A stretch of DNA of 64,000 bases, from NCBI RefSeq assembly GCF_009914755.1, contig NC_060925.1; one strand, given 5' to 3'. How positions within the stretch are numbered: position 1 is the stretch's first letter; every line of letters starts with the position of its first letter. The notes under the pieces are model-generated. The model saw only the letters and a program-made list of their open reading frames with translations. It did no database searches and had not been told where the DNA came from. This DNA is from the human T2T-CHM13v2.0 reference genome, Homo sapiens. Below, one piece after another: positions 43,701 through 58,923 of this stretch. The position numbers and the translations under genes are program-made.

Positions 43701-44842
43701 GCAGTGCCTTCTTTGCTTCTCCACCACCACGTCATTGTCCCATTGCTACTTCCCACAAAAACCACAAACCGTGGACCTCGGAGGGCCCACTGCCCTTTTG
43801 TGCTCCCAACACTCCTGCTACTTAGGTCTGATCCAGCTATGTTGGGGCTTAACCAGTGGTCATTCATTGCTGAGTGCTGGAAAAGTGAAGAGATCTGGAA
43901 GGCAGATGGTGCTGCTGTGTTCACTCACTGCTGTTTTTTTAAATGTTGAAGTGTAAGCAGCTTGACCAGGCTTCTGTGCTTAATTTTAGTACTGCCTAGG
44001 GTAGCCACTAGCTAATATAGAACCTTAGTGCAAACTGGAAAAAAGGCACCTCCTCAGGGAGACGTAGCCCTGTGGGCGCCCAGCTTTGGTGAACAGATGG
44101 GTACCTGATGAGGATTAGAAAACGCAGCCTTTCCTCCTCCAGGTAGACATAGCCCCACACCAGACTGCACCATGGAATTAAATCACCTTTTACCCTTCAA
44201 TGAGTGCTCTGGGCAATGACTGTCCTGTAATACCAAGTGATGGGGCCCTCTCCCACTAGACCTTTACTGGACCTCCTATTTTGGGAGTGAGTGGTCTATA
44301 GCTAAGAGGAGCCATCCATCCTCTGTGGCACAGGGTGTCAGGACCAGAGGACAGACCGAGCACCACTAGCACTGTAGCCCCTTCCTCCCCATCTCCGCCT
44401 TTTAATGTTCATTCCCCGCCACCAAATTACACAGTAATACAACCTATAATTTCCCCAGGTAATCTCAACATACAACTCTTCTCCACCAGGCCCTGGCTTA
44501 CAATTACAGGGCAGAGATACTCATCCCTAGTTACACATTAAAATCAGTTTTGGAGTGAAGAAAAGAATACCAATCTTCAGGCCCTACTCAAGACCAAGGA
44601 TATGAGAATTTCTCGGATGAAGTCCAGGCAGTGATATTTTTTAAAGCTTTCCAGGTGATTCTAATGTGCAGCCAAAGTTGAGAAAGCTGTTCTAGGGTTA
44701 GCCTCTCTTGGTCCCCACACTTAGTGAAACATAACTTACATCTAATTCCTTGTTACCATGGCTATGACACATTTTTCTCAGAAGGAAAACAAGTATTCTA
44801 GTCCAGTGATAGGGAAATGGGGCCACACCTCTACAAACATAC

Positions 44843-45087
44843 CATATGGTTTTCCCCCGGTGGGTAAACATTCAATGGAGACATCCTCTTCTGAAGAGGT
44901 ACCAAGGGAGGTCTTTCTCTGATATATGGCTCTTTGTGGATTTTTCTTTGTAGTATCAGGGACAGAAAAATGGCCAACAAGATCAAGCCCAGCATCGCCA
45001 TTAACACTATGAACCACAGCTCGCTGTAGAACTCTGTGCTTTTGCTCCGCGATCCCTTCTTTTTCTCAGGAGTTGTTAGGACCAAGC
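44843..45087 (-). CDS. USH2A: USH2A exon 70: juxtamembrane region, TM helix WFIVLMAMLGLILLAIFLSLIL and start of the cytoplasmic tail
   Basis: ttttgCAG acceptor, ATG|GTATGT donor, 245 nt; ORF 44831..45085. Confidence 0.96.
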
Positions 45088-45847
45088 CTGCAAAACCCAG
45101 AGAAAGAAAGGGGAAATGTTATTTCAGAAAGCATTTTTGTCATCTCTGGCCCTGCTATTTGATAGTAAATTAGAGAGGAGTTGAAAGCAGAAAGCAGTTT
45201 GTCTCTTACTGCTTGTTTGCACTTGTGTGCAGCCTGGGGTAATGGTTCAGCAGGTTGCTGGGTTATAACGAGATGCTTACAGCCCTTGAGAGGCCTTGCT
45301 GACACTTCTGGCGCTGCTGCTCAGGTTGGAAATCACCACTGTCTTGACAAATCCCTGGGAAAGATGGGAGTGTGGGGAGCAATTTTTAAAAGAGGTTACC
45401 AAAGTAACCTTGAGGGTCACCTGTTTCATAGCTGTGTGTCTTGGGAGCAAAGTCCTTGCTTGGATTCTCATGAGGGACTGGGACCCTTACTATTATTGCT
45501 GCAGAGTCACAAACAAAATCACTCCTTGGAGATCTGAGGTGTACTTGCTTCATGCAACAGTCCAATTCCTGATACTTCGTGCAAACTGGATTTTGAAGCA
45601 TCAGATTCCATTTTCCATTATGATATTAACAGCCTGTGTTTGCTACCATGTTGTCTTTACATGGCCTCTCTGTTAAAGAGCAAAGCTCAGCAAACCATCA
45701 CCCAAATGCACTGGGAAAGCTTCCTATGGAAAGAAATCTTTTAGCACTGGAGCCACTTACCTTTGCTTGGCGTTCACACATTGAGAGTTCAGTTGGTGTG
45801 AGTCTCTGCACATGAAGTTAGTATTAATAAAAGTAGCTCACATTTAA

Positions 45848-46252
<405 letters not shown>

Positions 46253-48699
46253 CAGGTTTATTAAGTCTTGTGGGGAAGATAGGAGAGAGGCTGACAAGAA
46301 TCATGCAGGATAGGCGAAGGCAGTGAAATTATGTTGTCAGCTTGGCAAGCTAAGCAGGGGTGCGGCAGGGGTGGGGGTGGGGTGGCCAGAGATCTGCTCC
46401 CATCCAGCCACTGCTGGGGCCAGCACAGAAACCTGTGGATCTGATGCAGCGGCCACACAGGCTGGTGTGGAGATGTGAGCCAGAGAGCTGCTCATCTAAA
46501 TCTAATACCCACAGCCAGGTCAGAAGAACAAGCAGACACAACTGCAAAGCCCACTCACTCACTGGACAAATCTCCCCCTTTTCAACACCTCTAGAACTCC
46601 ATGGGCCTGCGTGGTACTTCACACTCACACTAGCAGGGAAAGACTTAAAGGAAAAAAGTTCAGAACTGGGGTGAAACTATTAAAGGCAGGAACAGATGGT
46701 GACTAAAACTAAACTTTGAACTCCGTAAGAGGAGGGATATTACTTTGCCAACCCTAACTCTGCTGCCGATCAGCTCTGTGATTAAATGTTGGACTCTGAC
46801 CTTTGCTTCTCATCTCTAAAATAAAGGGTTGAGTCAACACTCCAATCAAGCTCCAGCAGGTCGAAATTCCCCTAATTAGGAACCAATGTGTGTTGTTTGA
46901 TTAAAAACAAACCAGCCTAGGTTGCACACTAAAAGAGTTGTTTCCTCTGTGTGTGGCACAGAGAGAAAATAACTTGTTGGCTGTAACTCCAGAAACTGAT
47001 CTGATGGGCCCAGTGGGCCCCTTGCTCCACAGCACGCAGGGGAAGGGAGGGCAGCCTGCCCGAGGGAAGCCTCAAAAGGGAAATAGCCCTTAGAACAGTC
47101 AGAGGAAAATGAGGTCTCTGCCACTCTCCTGCTTGGAGGCTGCCTTCAGGCAAGGGAACAGGAATGTTTTTAAAAAAGTTACATCATGAAAATTAGAACT
47201 GACGATGGATATTAGTTGGGCAGCACATCTTGGAATCTGCCAGAGCATTGCACAATCCTCAGAGTTCTTCCCCTCTGCTCTACCCAAAGCCCGGCCTCCA
47301 GACACAGTGGAAACCTCAATTCGTATTCATGAGCCAACGGGGGATTTCTCCTTTTTATGAAGACCTCGAGATCAGGATGGTGTCCCTTTATCCCTTCCCT
47401 TCTGTCTTTTTGAAGTACCCCTTCACCTTAAGGGACTCTACCTGTGCATCACATGGGAGGTTCACTGTCAGGGTTTGAAACTCTGGTGGCTGGGCCTCAG
47501 ATCCAAAGAAAACCGAAACCACAGCCAGTGTCAGAGTAAATCCGTCTCTGTTGATGGCCTGCCTCCAGGAACAACACACTTCCCATTCACCAAGGAAACT
47601 AGACTGGCAGGGCTTAGAAGGCGAGCAACCTTGGTTTTCCGGCATCACTCAACACGTGGTTCTGAGCCCTGTGTCAGAATCACTGGACAGGACTTATTTA
47701 AAGAGCAGATTCTGAGCCTCCTTGAGTCTGAATCTCTGCCAGAGGCCCGGGAAACTACAATAAACAAGCACATGAGGTGATTCCTATGCGTACTTAACTT
47801 GGCAAACCATTGCAAAGAAAAAGTCCCAGGCCAGAAGTCAATAGAAAATCTGTGTTGGTGTTCTCATCCCAGTAACAAGCTAGCAGAGCATTCCTGGATA
47901 AATTCCTGTGTCCCTTATACCTCCACTTGTCCACTTGGGGAAATATTGGAGTTGCTAACAGAATACTAAATGAGATCTGTTCTATCCTACCACTGCTATT
48001 AAATGAAATAAGCCGTATGAGAAGAATTAAGTGTTGTAGGAAATTTTATATGACATCCAGACATGTAAAGTTTGGAAACATAGAATAATACGTTATTTTT
48101 ACAAATTGAAACTATCCTTGACAATAATATACATGTTTCATCATGTATGAGACTCTGTCTCAAAAAAATTAAAAAAAATTTTTTTTTTAAATTGTGTTTC
48201 AGAAATTTTGGACATGTTTATTTTTCAAAAAAAAACTCTATACATGCAAATTTGATATATCATTAATTACTGGAATTTAAAATAGGATATCAATCCCGAA
48301 TCTGTTTTAGTGGAAAAGATTTGGCATTTCTCTAATTTGCTTTTATAAAGTATCACAAATTTAGATTCAGAGACTATGAGTAAAACTCAGTTTAAAAGAT
48401 GCTCCTTAAAAATTAAAATTGTACCCGTTGAGCTAAATTACCCGATATCAACAGTCAATCATAATCTTTTATGGAGAATAAAAGACACTTTCCAAATTTA
48501 TCATTCTAGGCTTTGAATCTAGAATATTAACATTATGATCAACATGAATTGGCTGAATATTTTCTTTCTTCTTCTGATCTCTCCTCTAACTTCCTCTGTA
48601 AATCACCTTTATGCACGCGAAGTCATACAATTCTTTATTGACAGGGTTTGTGGTTAGGAGAAAAATTTAGTTTGAGCTCTCTGGTCTTTTCCATATTTA

Positions 48700-49033
<334 letters not shown>

Positions 49034-49093
49034 AGAGTGTATTGTAACTCCTTGCCTGATATAAGTTCCATGAGGACTTTTTAAAAAATTTCT

Positions 49094-49461
<368 letters not shown>

Positions 49462-49551
49462 TTAGGACTCCAAGTATGTATAAACAAACATATGTGTGTT
49501 TCTTGAGGAAGATGAATAGGTGCTACGCCAAGTATAATATGAGTTGTTTAC

Positions 49552-49635
49552 CAAGTCCAGTAGAGGTATCATATTGGATCAACGGCGTCTTAACACTTCC
49601 TTCGTCAGTCGTGCAGATGACCTGGAAAAAGAAGG
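49552..49635 (-). CDS. USH2A: USH2A exon 69: TFFFQVICTTDEGSVKTPLIQYDTSTGL
   Basis: ttgtcTAG acceptor, TTG|GTAAAC donor, 84 nt, phase 1 to 1. Confidence 0.93.
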
Positions 49636-50954
49636 CTAGACAAAAGGAAGAACTGGTAAATGACTTGTTCATTCAACACCTACAAATAGGGCACATGCTT
49701 TTAAAAGAGCAATGCATCATAGCATGAAAAATAGGATTCCAAAGCAAGTTATGACGTTTTATATAATATTCAAAATTACTTCTAATTTTAAAATGTTTAA
49801 GAAAAAAAGCTATCATTAGTGTAATAATAGCCTATCCATAAGTAATAGAGCTAAGGAAAATTAGAGCTTATACAGCAAAGGAAAAGAACATCAGACGAGT
49901 AAAGGGTAATACACAAAGCGCATCTTGTTCTGCACACGGTTTAAATCCTTCCTTTAAAATTTACAGGTGTACTTTCCACTAAATGACCTAGAGTTTCTTA
50001 CTGAACAGGAGAGCTCAAAAGGGATCCTAGAAATCACATGGTCTAAATTGCTCTTCCAATGGCCAGGAACCTGAGGGAAGTGACCCTTGCAAGGTCACAC
50101 AGATGGTTATAGGCCTGGCCAGGTAGAACCTGTGTCTCCCAACCATCAGGCCACCTTCCTTTCCCAAAGAGCTGCCCAGGTGACCATGAACTGTAACAAT
50201 GAACATGTGTAGCTGAATCTTTGTAAAAATGTTATTAAGTTTCTATTACTATACATGCAATGCTGGAGCTCACTGTTTACCTCTACCTTACAGCCAAAAT
50301 AAAATACTCATTAATCAATTCATTATATAGTGAACATTGGTCCTGTGAGCATGCTGATCACTATAAAATACTTAGCACCTTGTAAAGCATTTTCTCATTT
50401 CAATTTAAAAACAAGGCAAGGAGAAAAGGGACATGTAAGTAAACAGGAAGAAGGAACTCCATTTTAGAGGGTCAAGATTGTTCTTTCAGGGGCTGATATC
50501 AAGGAAGGTTAAGGAAACCCCTTATTCAGGTCCTCATGAGTTGGAGATAGTTATTTCCTGATAGGGCTCTGTTTGGAGACTGGAGATACAGCAAGAAAAT
50601 CTATGAAGTTGCTAGAAGTGTATTATTTTAGGGTAGTCATTGACTATGTATGGGTGCTATTTCTTTTGTGAACCCAACTGGCCCTTGGGTCTTATCCCTT
50701 CCTGGGGACCCTCCAGTCCTGTGGAGGCAGCGCTGTCCCCTTGAACTGCATTATAACTGCAGTGCTGTCAAGCTGCAAATGGGAAGGAAAGAAAACCTTA
50801 TTTATCCTGAGCAGTAACTTTTTCACAAGAAGGGGGCACTTAAACCAAGACATTTTAATGGTGAGCATCTGCTGGTCAGCTTTCAGATTTAGCATCCCGT
50901 AAAGCTGGGGAACAGAGCGCCTTCCACACTGAGAAACAGGAGTCAGAAACTAAC

Positions 50955-51131
50955 TTTTGTCCGCCGTTCTCGGTATGTAGAGGGTGGTGTCCAAGCCGCT
51001 GTACACGCGTCGCCCTCCGTCGGTTAACACGTACTCCTTCAGTTGGCCGTTCAGGAGGAAGGTGTCACTCCAGTTCACACACACCACAGACAAATTGCTG
51101 TCCACCGAAAATGGGGCTCGGTACTGAGGCA
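50955..51131 (-). CDS. USH2A: USH2A exon 68: LPQYRAPFSVDSNLSVVCVNWSDTFLLNGQLKEYVLTDGGRRVYSGLDTTLYIPRTADK
   Basis: ccccaCAG acceptor, AAA|GTTAGT donor, 177 nt; ORF 50950..51132. Confidence 0.94.
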
Positions 51132-52863
51132 CTGTGGGGAGAAAGTTGTATGTTCTAAAAAGGGTAACCTCTTTGAAGGAGTGCAGGTGTGCACTTTAAA
51201 AAAAAAAAATATGAGCAAAATCAAACCGAACCAATCCAAACAAAAAAAAAAAAAAAAAGAAAACCAACATTGCTAGAATCCTTCACTTTTTCCTCAGTAT
51301 TACGAAACAACCAGTATCAGGGGTGAAAAGAAAACCAATGGGAACATGTGTGAAATGCTTTCTCAGCAACTTTATGCCTGCTTTAAAAAAAATCGATAGA
51401 GAGTGGTGTTTTATAAATAAAACTATTAACATACAATGGATCTGCTCACCAGCATAACCCTGGAGCTCATATTTTGTTGCATTTTCCCTCTTTTTAACAG
51501 GTAAAGTATCCTTAATACTATTAAGTACAGTAGATAGCTATTTTTCATATCAAATCAATATTTATTGCCACAAAGCCCCAAGGACTAGATGAAGTTAATA
51601 TATTTTTTTCTCCAAACCAAACTGCTTAGATGGTGAATTACGTCCTTTTGGCACCCATTTATTGTTAAAGCTTTTTCTCAAACTGTTAGTTTGTTTTCTA
51701 AGATAGTTAAAAAGCCTTGCAAACAGTAATTCAAGTATAATAACTCATGGCCCTGACTAATCAATCAATAGCATAGTACATTAGTATATAATCAAGCTCA
51801 GGTGTCCTAAGTATTATATCACATATAGAAGCAACTTTGTGTGCATTTCACAGGCACATTCTCTTGATTTTTCAGTTCCTTACTAAAACAAAAAGAAAAT
51901 CCTTAACTGGGGCTCACCTTTTAAATGAATAATTTTTGTGGAAACAAATGAAGGGATACCATGTCATCTTGTCAAGTCAGAAGAGATTTATTTCATGAGA
52001 TCTTATTTTCTACAAAATAATCAATATATTTGTAAAAACATTAAGATTCACCTATATACCAAATTGGCTTTTAAGAAAAGAAAGGAGTGAGTAGTGAGAC
52101 TAAATTGAATCTGATTCTTTTTCTTTAAAAATCAATCCATCTATTTCTGATGTTAGGAAATATAACAAAATAAGGAATAATTATGCTTTTGTAATTGTAA
52201 TATTCAACCGTAAAGACACAGTTGATTGTTATCTTTCAAAATAAGATATTTTCATAAAGCCATAAGAAAAATTTTCTGCAAACACCAAAACAAGAGTTAT
52301 CAAGCCCTCTTTAAATCTCAATGCTTTTCCAACATTGATTCTGCCTGATATCACAAGGAATACTCTATTGTTATTTGTCTATGACTTCTCTCCATCACCT
52401 TAGTTCAGTAGATTTTCACTTTTTCCCTATATCATAACAGCACAGATAAAGAAACAGCTTGTAACTAGCAAGAAAATAGAAAGATAGGAGTCTTATTTGT
52501 CCTGTAGGGTTTGGAGACCTTCCTGAGGAAAAAGAGTAAGCAATTAAAATAATCGAGAATAATGAGTTTACAAATCCTCCCCAAGGAAGACTGAAAAAGC
52601 TGTAAGTACCACTACGCTCCTAGCTTTTGACATACTTTATCTCATTTAATCCTCAAAATAATCCTGTAAAGATTGATTCCTAATTTTTGGGGTGAGAAAA
52701 CTCAGGTTCAGAGAGGTCAAATATCTTGCTCTATGTCAGTGGCTGGTAGGAGACCAAGGAGCTGAACCTAGGCTTGCTTAAATAAGGCCCATGCTACTTT
52801 GTTATCATCGGTACACATTTGTTGAAAAGAACAGAATTTACCAATTCACCCTATGGGTGCTCT

Positions 52864-53260
52864 CCAGTGGTGTGCTGAAGTTGGCTCACCCCAACTGTTA
52901 AATATTCAGGAATTTTGTGAGTCATTGTTAAATCCGGCCACTACTAAAAATTAAATTATATAAACTTAAATAAATTATATTAAAACAAAGCTTATAAATA
53001 CTCCAAATTCATAACTTTTTATTTGTTTCACTACATTTTACTACCGTCTGTGTGCTCGAGGTCATTTACATCCACTCTATCTGGCTGGTGGAAATATTAT
53101 ATAATGATACGCTACAACCCATCCCTTCCTAACTCTGTTCAGTGCTGTCATGTTGGTCACTTGAGAGCAGTAATGGGGGTATTCACACCATGGAAACTGA
53201 TAAGCACTTCAAATCAGGCCATTTTTCCCTCAAGCAGGCCAGCTGTTAAACATTTACACC
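52864..53260. mobile_element. MER63-like hAT DNA transposon
   Basis: cagtggtgtgctg...tgttaaatattcaggaattttg...ctgttaaacattt. Confidence 0.6.
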
Positions 53261-53389
53261 TCACCTCTCTCTCCACTGAAGGGGGATTCAAGCAGAGGGA
53301 ACTAAATGTGTTGTTAGGCTTCTTCTCCAGACCCGTTGCTGAGTGTACATGTGATCACATCTATATAAAACTGCATATTCTATTTTTAA

Positions 53390-53693
<304 letters not shown>

Positions 53694-53922
53694 CCAAATT
53701 ATTTTCTGGTTTGTATTCTCTGGTGCATGTTTTCGTGCTCCAAGTATTTATAATGAGTTAAAAGTAGCATAAGTGGTATTTTAGAACCTGTATCATAGTC
53801 ATTTCTTGTATTTTTCCGTAACTATTGACCCAGTAGTGGATTAAGGGAACCTCTTCTCCTATGGTGCTAGTCCAGGTTTAAGCTGCTTCTCCAATATAAA
53901 AAAACACAAATAGATAAAATCC

Positions 53923-54225
53923 TTTTTTTTTTTTTCTTAAAGACCAAGTCTTGCTCTGTTGCCAAGGTTGGAGTGCAGTGACGTGATCACAGCTCACTGC
54001 AGCCTTGACTTCCAGGACTCAAGCAATCCTCCTGCCTCAGTCTTCTGAGTAGCTGGGACTACAGGCGCATGTCACCATACCTGGCTATTTAAAAAAAAAA
54101 TTTTTGTAGAGATAGGTGTCTTGATATGTTGCCCAGGCTGGTCGTGAACTCTTAGCCTCAAGCAATCCTCCCCCATTGGCTTCCCAAAGCGCTGGGATTA
54201 CAAGTGTGAGCCAGTGTGCCTGGCC
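53923..54225 (-). mobile_element. AluJ-like
   Basis: gatcacagctcactgcagccttgac diagnostic. Confidence 0.88.
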
Positions 54226-54549
54226 ACAGGAAGAAAATCTTAAATCAGTTCACTTTGTTCTTCCAAGCATAAGAAAAAAAAAATTCTGGCAAAAGCTAAG
54301 CTTCATGACTCAAAAGGGAATTGGTTATAAATTACAAAGCTCACCTAGCTGTTCTCTGGCTTTCTGGCCACATCAACCAAAAAACTGCAACATTTAGCAA
54401 AATTGGCTTCTGGATGTAGTGCAAAGGAGATTACAAAATCAGACAGCACACATTAAGAATCATTACAGTTTGCTTTGAATATAGTATGGGTGACAAAAAA
54501 TGCTGATTGAGCAGTGTCAACAATAAACATGCAGTGTTAGGTGCACTCG

Positions 54550-55720
54550 CTTATTCATTAAACAACATTGATTGGAATCTAAGATACTGTGCCCAGTGCT
54601 GGAGATGAAAATGGAGAAAGTGAGGACTAAAGGAAGCATAGCTTGAAGGGGAAAGTTGCAAGCTCTGTCTGGGGCCTGTCCAATGTAAGCTGGTTATGAG
54701 AAATTCAGAGGGAGATGTCTGTGAGGAATCTGGGTGGAGGGGTATACACTTCAAAACAGAGCACTTGACTAGGAGGTGACCACTGGAGTTTGGCTTTTGG
54801 AACCAAAGCCTTGGAGCAGATGAACTCACCTGATGAGGGAGGAGGAAAGGAGGGAGTAGAGAAACGGCAAGGGGACAAAGTTAAAATGTTTAGGATTAAG
54901 ATTTGGGCAGCGGAAGAAGATCAACCAACAAAGTTGACTAAAAATGAAAATCCAAAGAAGTAGAGGAGAAACCAGGAGAGGGTGGTAATGAAAATGAGGG
55001 TAAACCACTTTTTAAAAAAGGATTGAACATTGAAAGTTCAGTTGCGTTGAATGCTACTGGAAAGTCAGTGAAGGTGACTCCTGGAGAAACATGCCTTCTG
55101 GATATATCAGTATGGAGGCCAAAGGCAAACTTAGAAAGGGATTTTCATCCAGTGCTGAGGAAGTTAAAGAGTAAGTGGAAGAGAGGATATGGGCAAAGCA
55201 TCTGCAGACCGTTCCTCAGGAAAGTTTTGCTGTCAGAGAGAGTAGAGTCCACATCACTGCAGGGGAAGAGGAGCTTGTTTGCTTTAACATTAGAAGGGTA
55301 GAAGGAACTTTGAATCAAAGTGAGATACACAGAAAGATTAAGGAGAGAGAAGGGATGGTGAGTAATGAAGTGGATGAAGTTCACTGCATGGAAGGCAGGT
55401 TTATTTCAGACAGAAGAAGGACCACCCTTTCCTTGTCACTGACAGCAATGGGGTATATGCAGGTAGCTTTGTCTGCAGTGGGAAGTGGAGCAAATTACTG
55501 ACTGAAGACATCTCTTTTCCTGGAAAATTACAAGACAAGGAGTTCTGCAGAGAATAAAGGGAGAAATGGGTGAGCTGGGTTGTGGGCATGAAGGGAGAAA
55601 GGGTGAGCGGCAGAGGGAGGTTTGGCGAAGGTGGAGATGGTTTGAAGTCTTGATTACAGAGAGTAGGAAATGAATTGATCAGGGAAAGAGTAGTACTGAG
55701 ACAGCAGCTGAGCTCAGTGA
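54550..55720 (-). mobile_element. L2 element
   Basis: L2 3' end antisense followed by purine-rich ORF2 text. Confidence 0.6.
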
Positions 55721-56827
55721 CCATGAGTTCAGAGTAATTACTGCACTTACTAGATGTGGAAACTGGCCAGGTTACTTAAGCTCTGGCCTTAGTTTAGGGC
55801 CACGTCACTGTCTAACTCCAAGAGCCTCAGTTCAGATCATAGTCTATATGAATGGCATCCTGGAATCGCAGTACACAGTTTATAGTTCTGCCTCAGTTTT
55901 TTCATCTGTAAATTTGGATAATAATAGGTCTGTTGTAAGAATTATTTGTAAAATGCTAAAATACTGCCAGGAACAAACAAGTCCTCTGTAAATGTGATCT
56001 GTTACTAACATCCTACCATGTTGTTGCTCAGACACATTAAGCTCCTTGTGTGAGACATTGGTCTTTATGAATGCGTAATTCTTGCTTTTAAAATTGGCAT
56101 CATATTCAATGCCAGATAGAGTATTTTAGGTAAGATTTATAATCTGACATAATCTTTCTTGAAAGCAAACATGAAACTAGTATCCAAAGCCTTAAAATAT
56201 TAAAATACTTGATGTATTAATAGCAAATTCTATTTGTCAAAATTTAATTTAAGAAGATAACCAGACATTCAAAGATCTGTTCACAAAGATTTTTTCATCA
56301 TATTTATTAATGGGAAATTAAAAAAAAAACAAAATGTCCCAATTAATTTATATATGGAATATTGTATAGCCATTAAAATTGGTGGCTAAAGAGTTTTTTT
56401 AATGCCACGGGAAATGCAAATACAATAACGTCAAGTATAAAAAGCTGACTATGAAATTTTAGTTATAGTATTTCAGCCATATAGTAAAAATTACCCATAG
56501 AAAGGAGATTAAAAGAATTGATTATGCCAAAATATTAGTAGTGGTTGCCTCTGGGTTGGGGTATAATAAGCTGGACCAGCTTCCTTGGCATGTGACCTGT
56601 GCTGTTGCAAGGGCCTGTGACATAGAAGAGTCTTGGACTTAGCCTGATGCTCTACTGTTACTGTCTTGGAATTCTTAAAGATTTTTCAGCAAAGGATTCC
56701 ATATTTTCATTTTCCACTGGACTCCATAAATTATGCAGTTGGTTCTGATAAGCACTTATTATTCTTAATACTTTTTGTGTTTGCCATTATTAAACAATGA
56801 AAGCATATACCTTATAAAATCTAAGTT

Positions 56828-57450
56828 ATAGTCATATATCTCATAATGACATTTTGAGCAAGACTGCAGAAATGATGGTGGTTCCATAAGATTATAATGG
56901 AGCTGCCCTGTACCATCTCTTACATTTTTTGTTTTTTTTTGAGAAGGAGTCTTGCTCTGTTGCCCAGGCTGGAGTACAGTGGCGTGATCTCGGCTCACTA
57001 CAACCTCTGCCTCCTGGGTTAAAGTGATTCTCCTGCTTAAGCCTCCTGAGTAGCTGGGATTACAGGTATGTGTCACCATGCCTGGCTAATTTTTGTATTT
57101 TTAGTAGAGATGGGGTTTCACCATGTTGGTCAGGCTGGTCTCGAACTCCTGACCTGAGGTGATTCACCCGCCTTGGCCTCCCAAAGTGCTGGGATTACAG
57201 GCGTGAGCCACTGTGCCTGGCCCTCTTATCTTTTATATCAGATTTTTTCTGTGCCTTTTCTATGTTTAGATACACAAATAACCATTGTGTTACAATTGCC
57301 TGCAGTATTCAGCACAGTCACATGCCTATGGGGCAGAGTAGGTTATAACATGTAGGTCTGTGCAAGTACATTCTATGATATTTTCACGACACTCGCCTAA
57401 CGATGCATTTCTCAGAACATATTTCCATCGTTAAGCGATGCGTGACTGTA
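56828..57450. mobile_element. Tigger3/MER7 DNA transposon interrupted by an Alu
   Basis: Termini tagtcat...ataatgac and cgttaagcgatgcgtgactgta; internal ccataagattataat. Confidence 0.75.
56924..57222 (-). mobile_element. Alu nested in Tigger3
   Basis: Alu consensus. Confidence 0.92.
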
Positions 57451-57917
57451 TTATATAAAAATGTAAGGAAGCCCCCAATTAATTAGTTGATTGCTCTTTC
57501 CTTCACTCACTTGCCCTTTTGCTTTTCCTAATAGTGCTATGTCTCAATGCTCTCTGGACATACTAGAGATTATGCCATGTAATTTACAAAGAAAAGGAGT
57601 AGCAAAACTTCTTATAAAAATGGTCTACCAGTGTTTGTTCATTTTCTTTCTTCCCATTGATCGTTTAACTTCCCCTAAATTTATTTTTACCCTATCCCCA
57701 CAAGAAAATCCTTCTTAAATTTTCCCTTGACTTCCATATTATTAAATCCAGTAGGCATTTTTCCTCAGTAGTCATCCTCATCAATGCTTCAGTAACATTC
57801 AGTGTTATTGAGCCCACTCAATCTGTTTTTAAAAGTGGCTTCTCCGAGTTTCAGGGCAAGCTTCTCCTGACCACATTCCAATCTCTCTGGCTTATGGTAG
57901 CAGCCACTTATACTCAC

Positions 57918-58126
57918 ATTCTTTTTGGGTGGTGAAACTGATCCACTCGGAAGCCGTACTGCCCACCTCGTTGTGTGCCACCACTCTCAGCTTGTATGTG
58001 GTGTAGGGCTGGAGACCCCCAAGGCTGGCTTTCTGCCCCAGCCCCGTGTACTTTGTTTCTATTTGGCTGGGAGTACAGGGGAGGGCTGAGTCAGGAGGGC
58101 AAGCCACGTGGAATTGGAGTTCATAG
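57918..58126 (-). CDS. USH2A: USH2A exon 67 (FN3): SYELQFHVACPP...LQPYTTYKLRVVAHNEVGSTASEWISFTTQKE
   Basis: attTTAG acceptor, AAT|GTGAGT donor, 209 nt; FN3 motif L-x-P-x-T-x-Y. Confidence 0.95.
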
Positions 58127-58923
58127 CTAAAATGAGAATGGATACGTAGAGTCAAGACGGGTAATGGAATTAGTTTAACTCTCTCTTTTAAAACCAGTTC
58201 TATTTTGTGAGGAGACATTTTGTTTTCACAGAGCTACAGGCTCTTTAAAATTTCCATTTGCAGGAAACTGCTCTCAGAAACACCTTATGTAATGCTATTG
58301 GAAACGAGCAGCAGATGTAACCAGAGAAATGATAAGAGAAGTCACCATCTACACACACATTGCTGTTTACCCAGCAACTAGTGATCCTTTTTGGTAGAGA
58401 TAAGACATTTCCCTCTTTTAAGAGGAGAGACATAAATGGTTCTTCTCTTTTTAGAGTAAATAATTTTTTTTCTAAATGATTTTGAGTCAAGTGTCTTCTT
58501 TTTCCTTTCAAACAGTGGTTTATGACAATATTTTAAATTAGATCAGGGCAATTCTGATTTAACTGTGGAGGTATCTTATGTTCCAGTGAAGGCTGGTAGA
58601 AGGAATGCTTCCAGATAACCATTAGGAAGAGCATATTGAATACGAACACATTGCATTGTCTTTTTAATGTAAAACATTTCGTTGTTCTCCTTTCTATCAT
58701 TAGTTGCTTTTATGATTTAAATACATCGCAGGTAACATTACCACTCAAATCAATTTGTTTGTCTACTTTGCTATAGATATCTGTTCAATAAGCAAGTCCT
58801 CCCTGGGGAGTGCCAGGTAGCTATACAGGTTTGTAGCCTAGGTGCAGAGTAGGCTATACCATGAGTTCATATGTCTGTACACATGCCTTGTTAGTTTCTT
58901 CATCCTTCTGCCTGACCCATTAC

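Noticed and set aside
43502-43924. 140-aa ORF in USH2A intron 70
   Set aside because: Overlaps an L2 fossil; no convincing splice sites or homology
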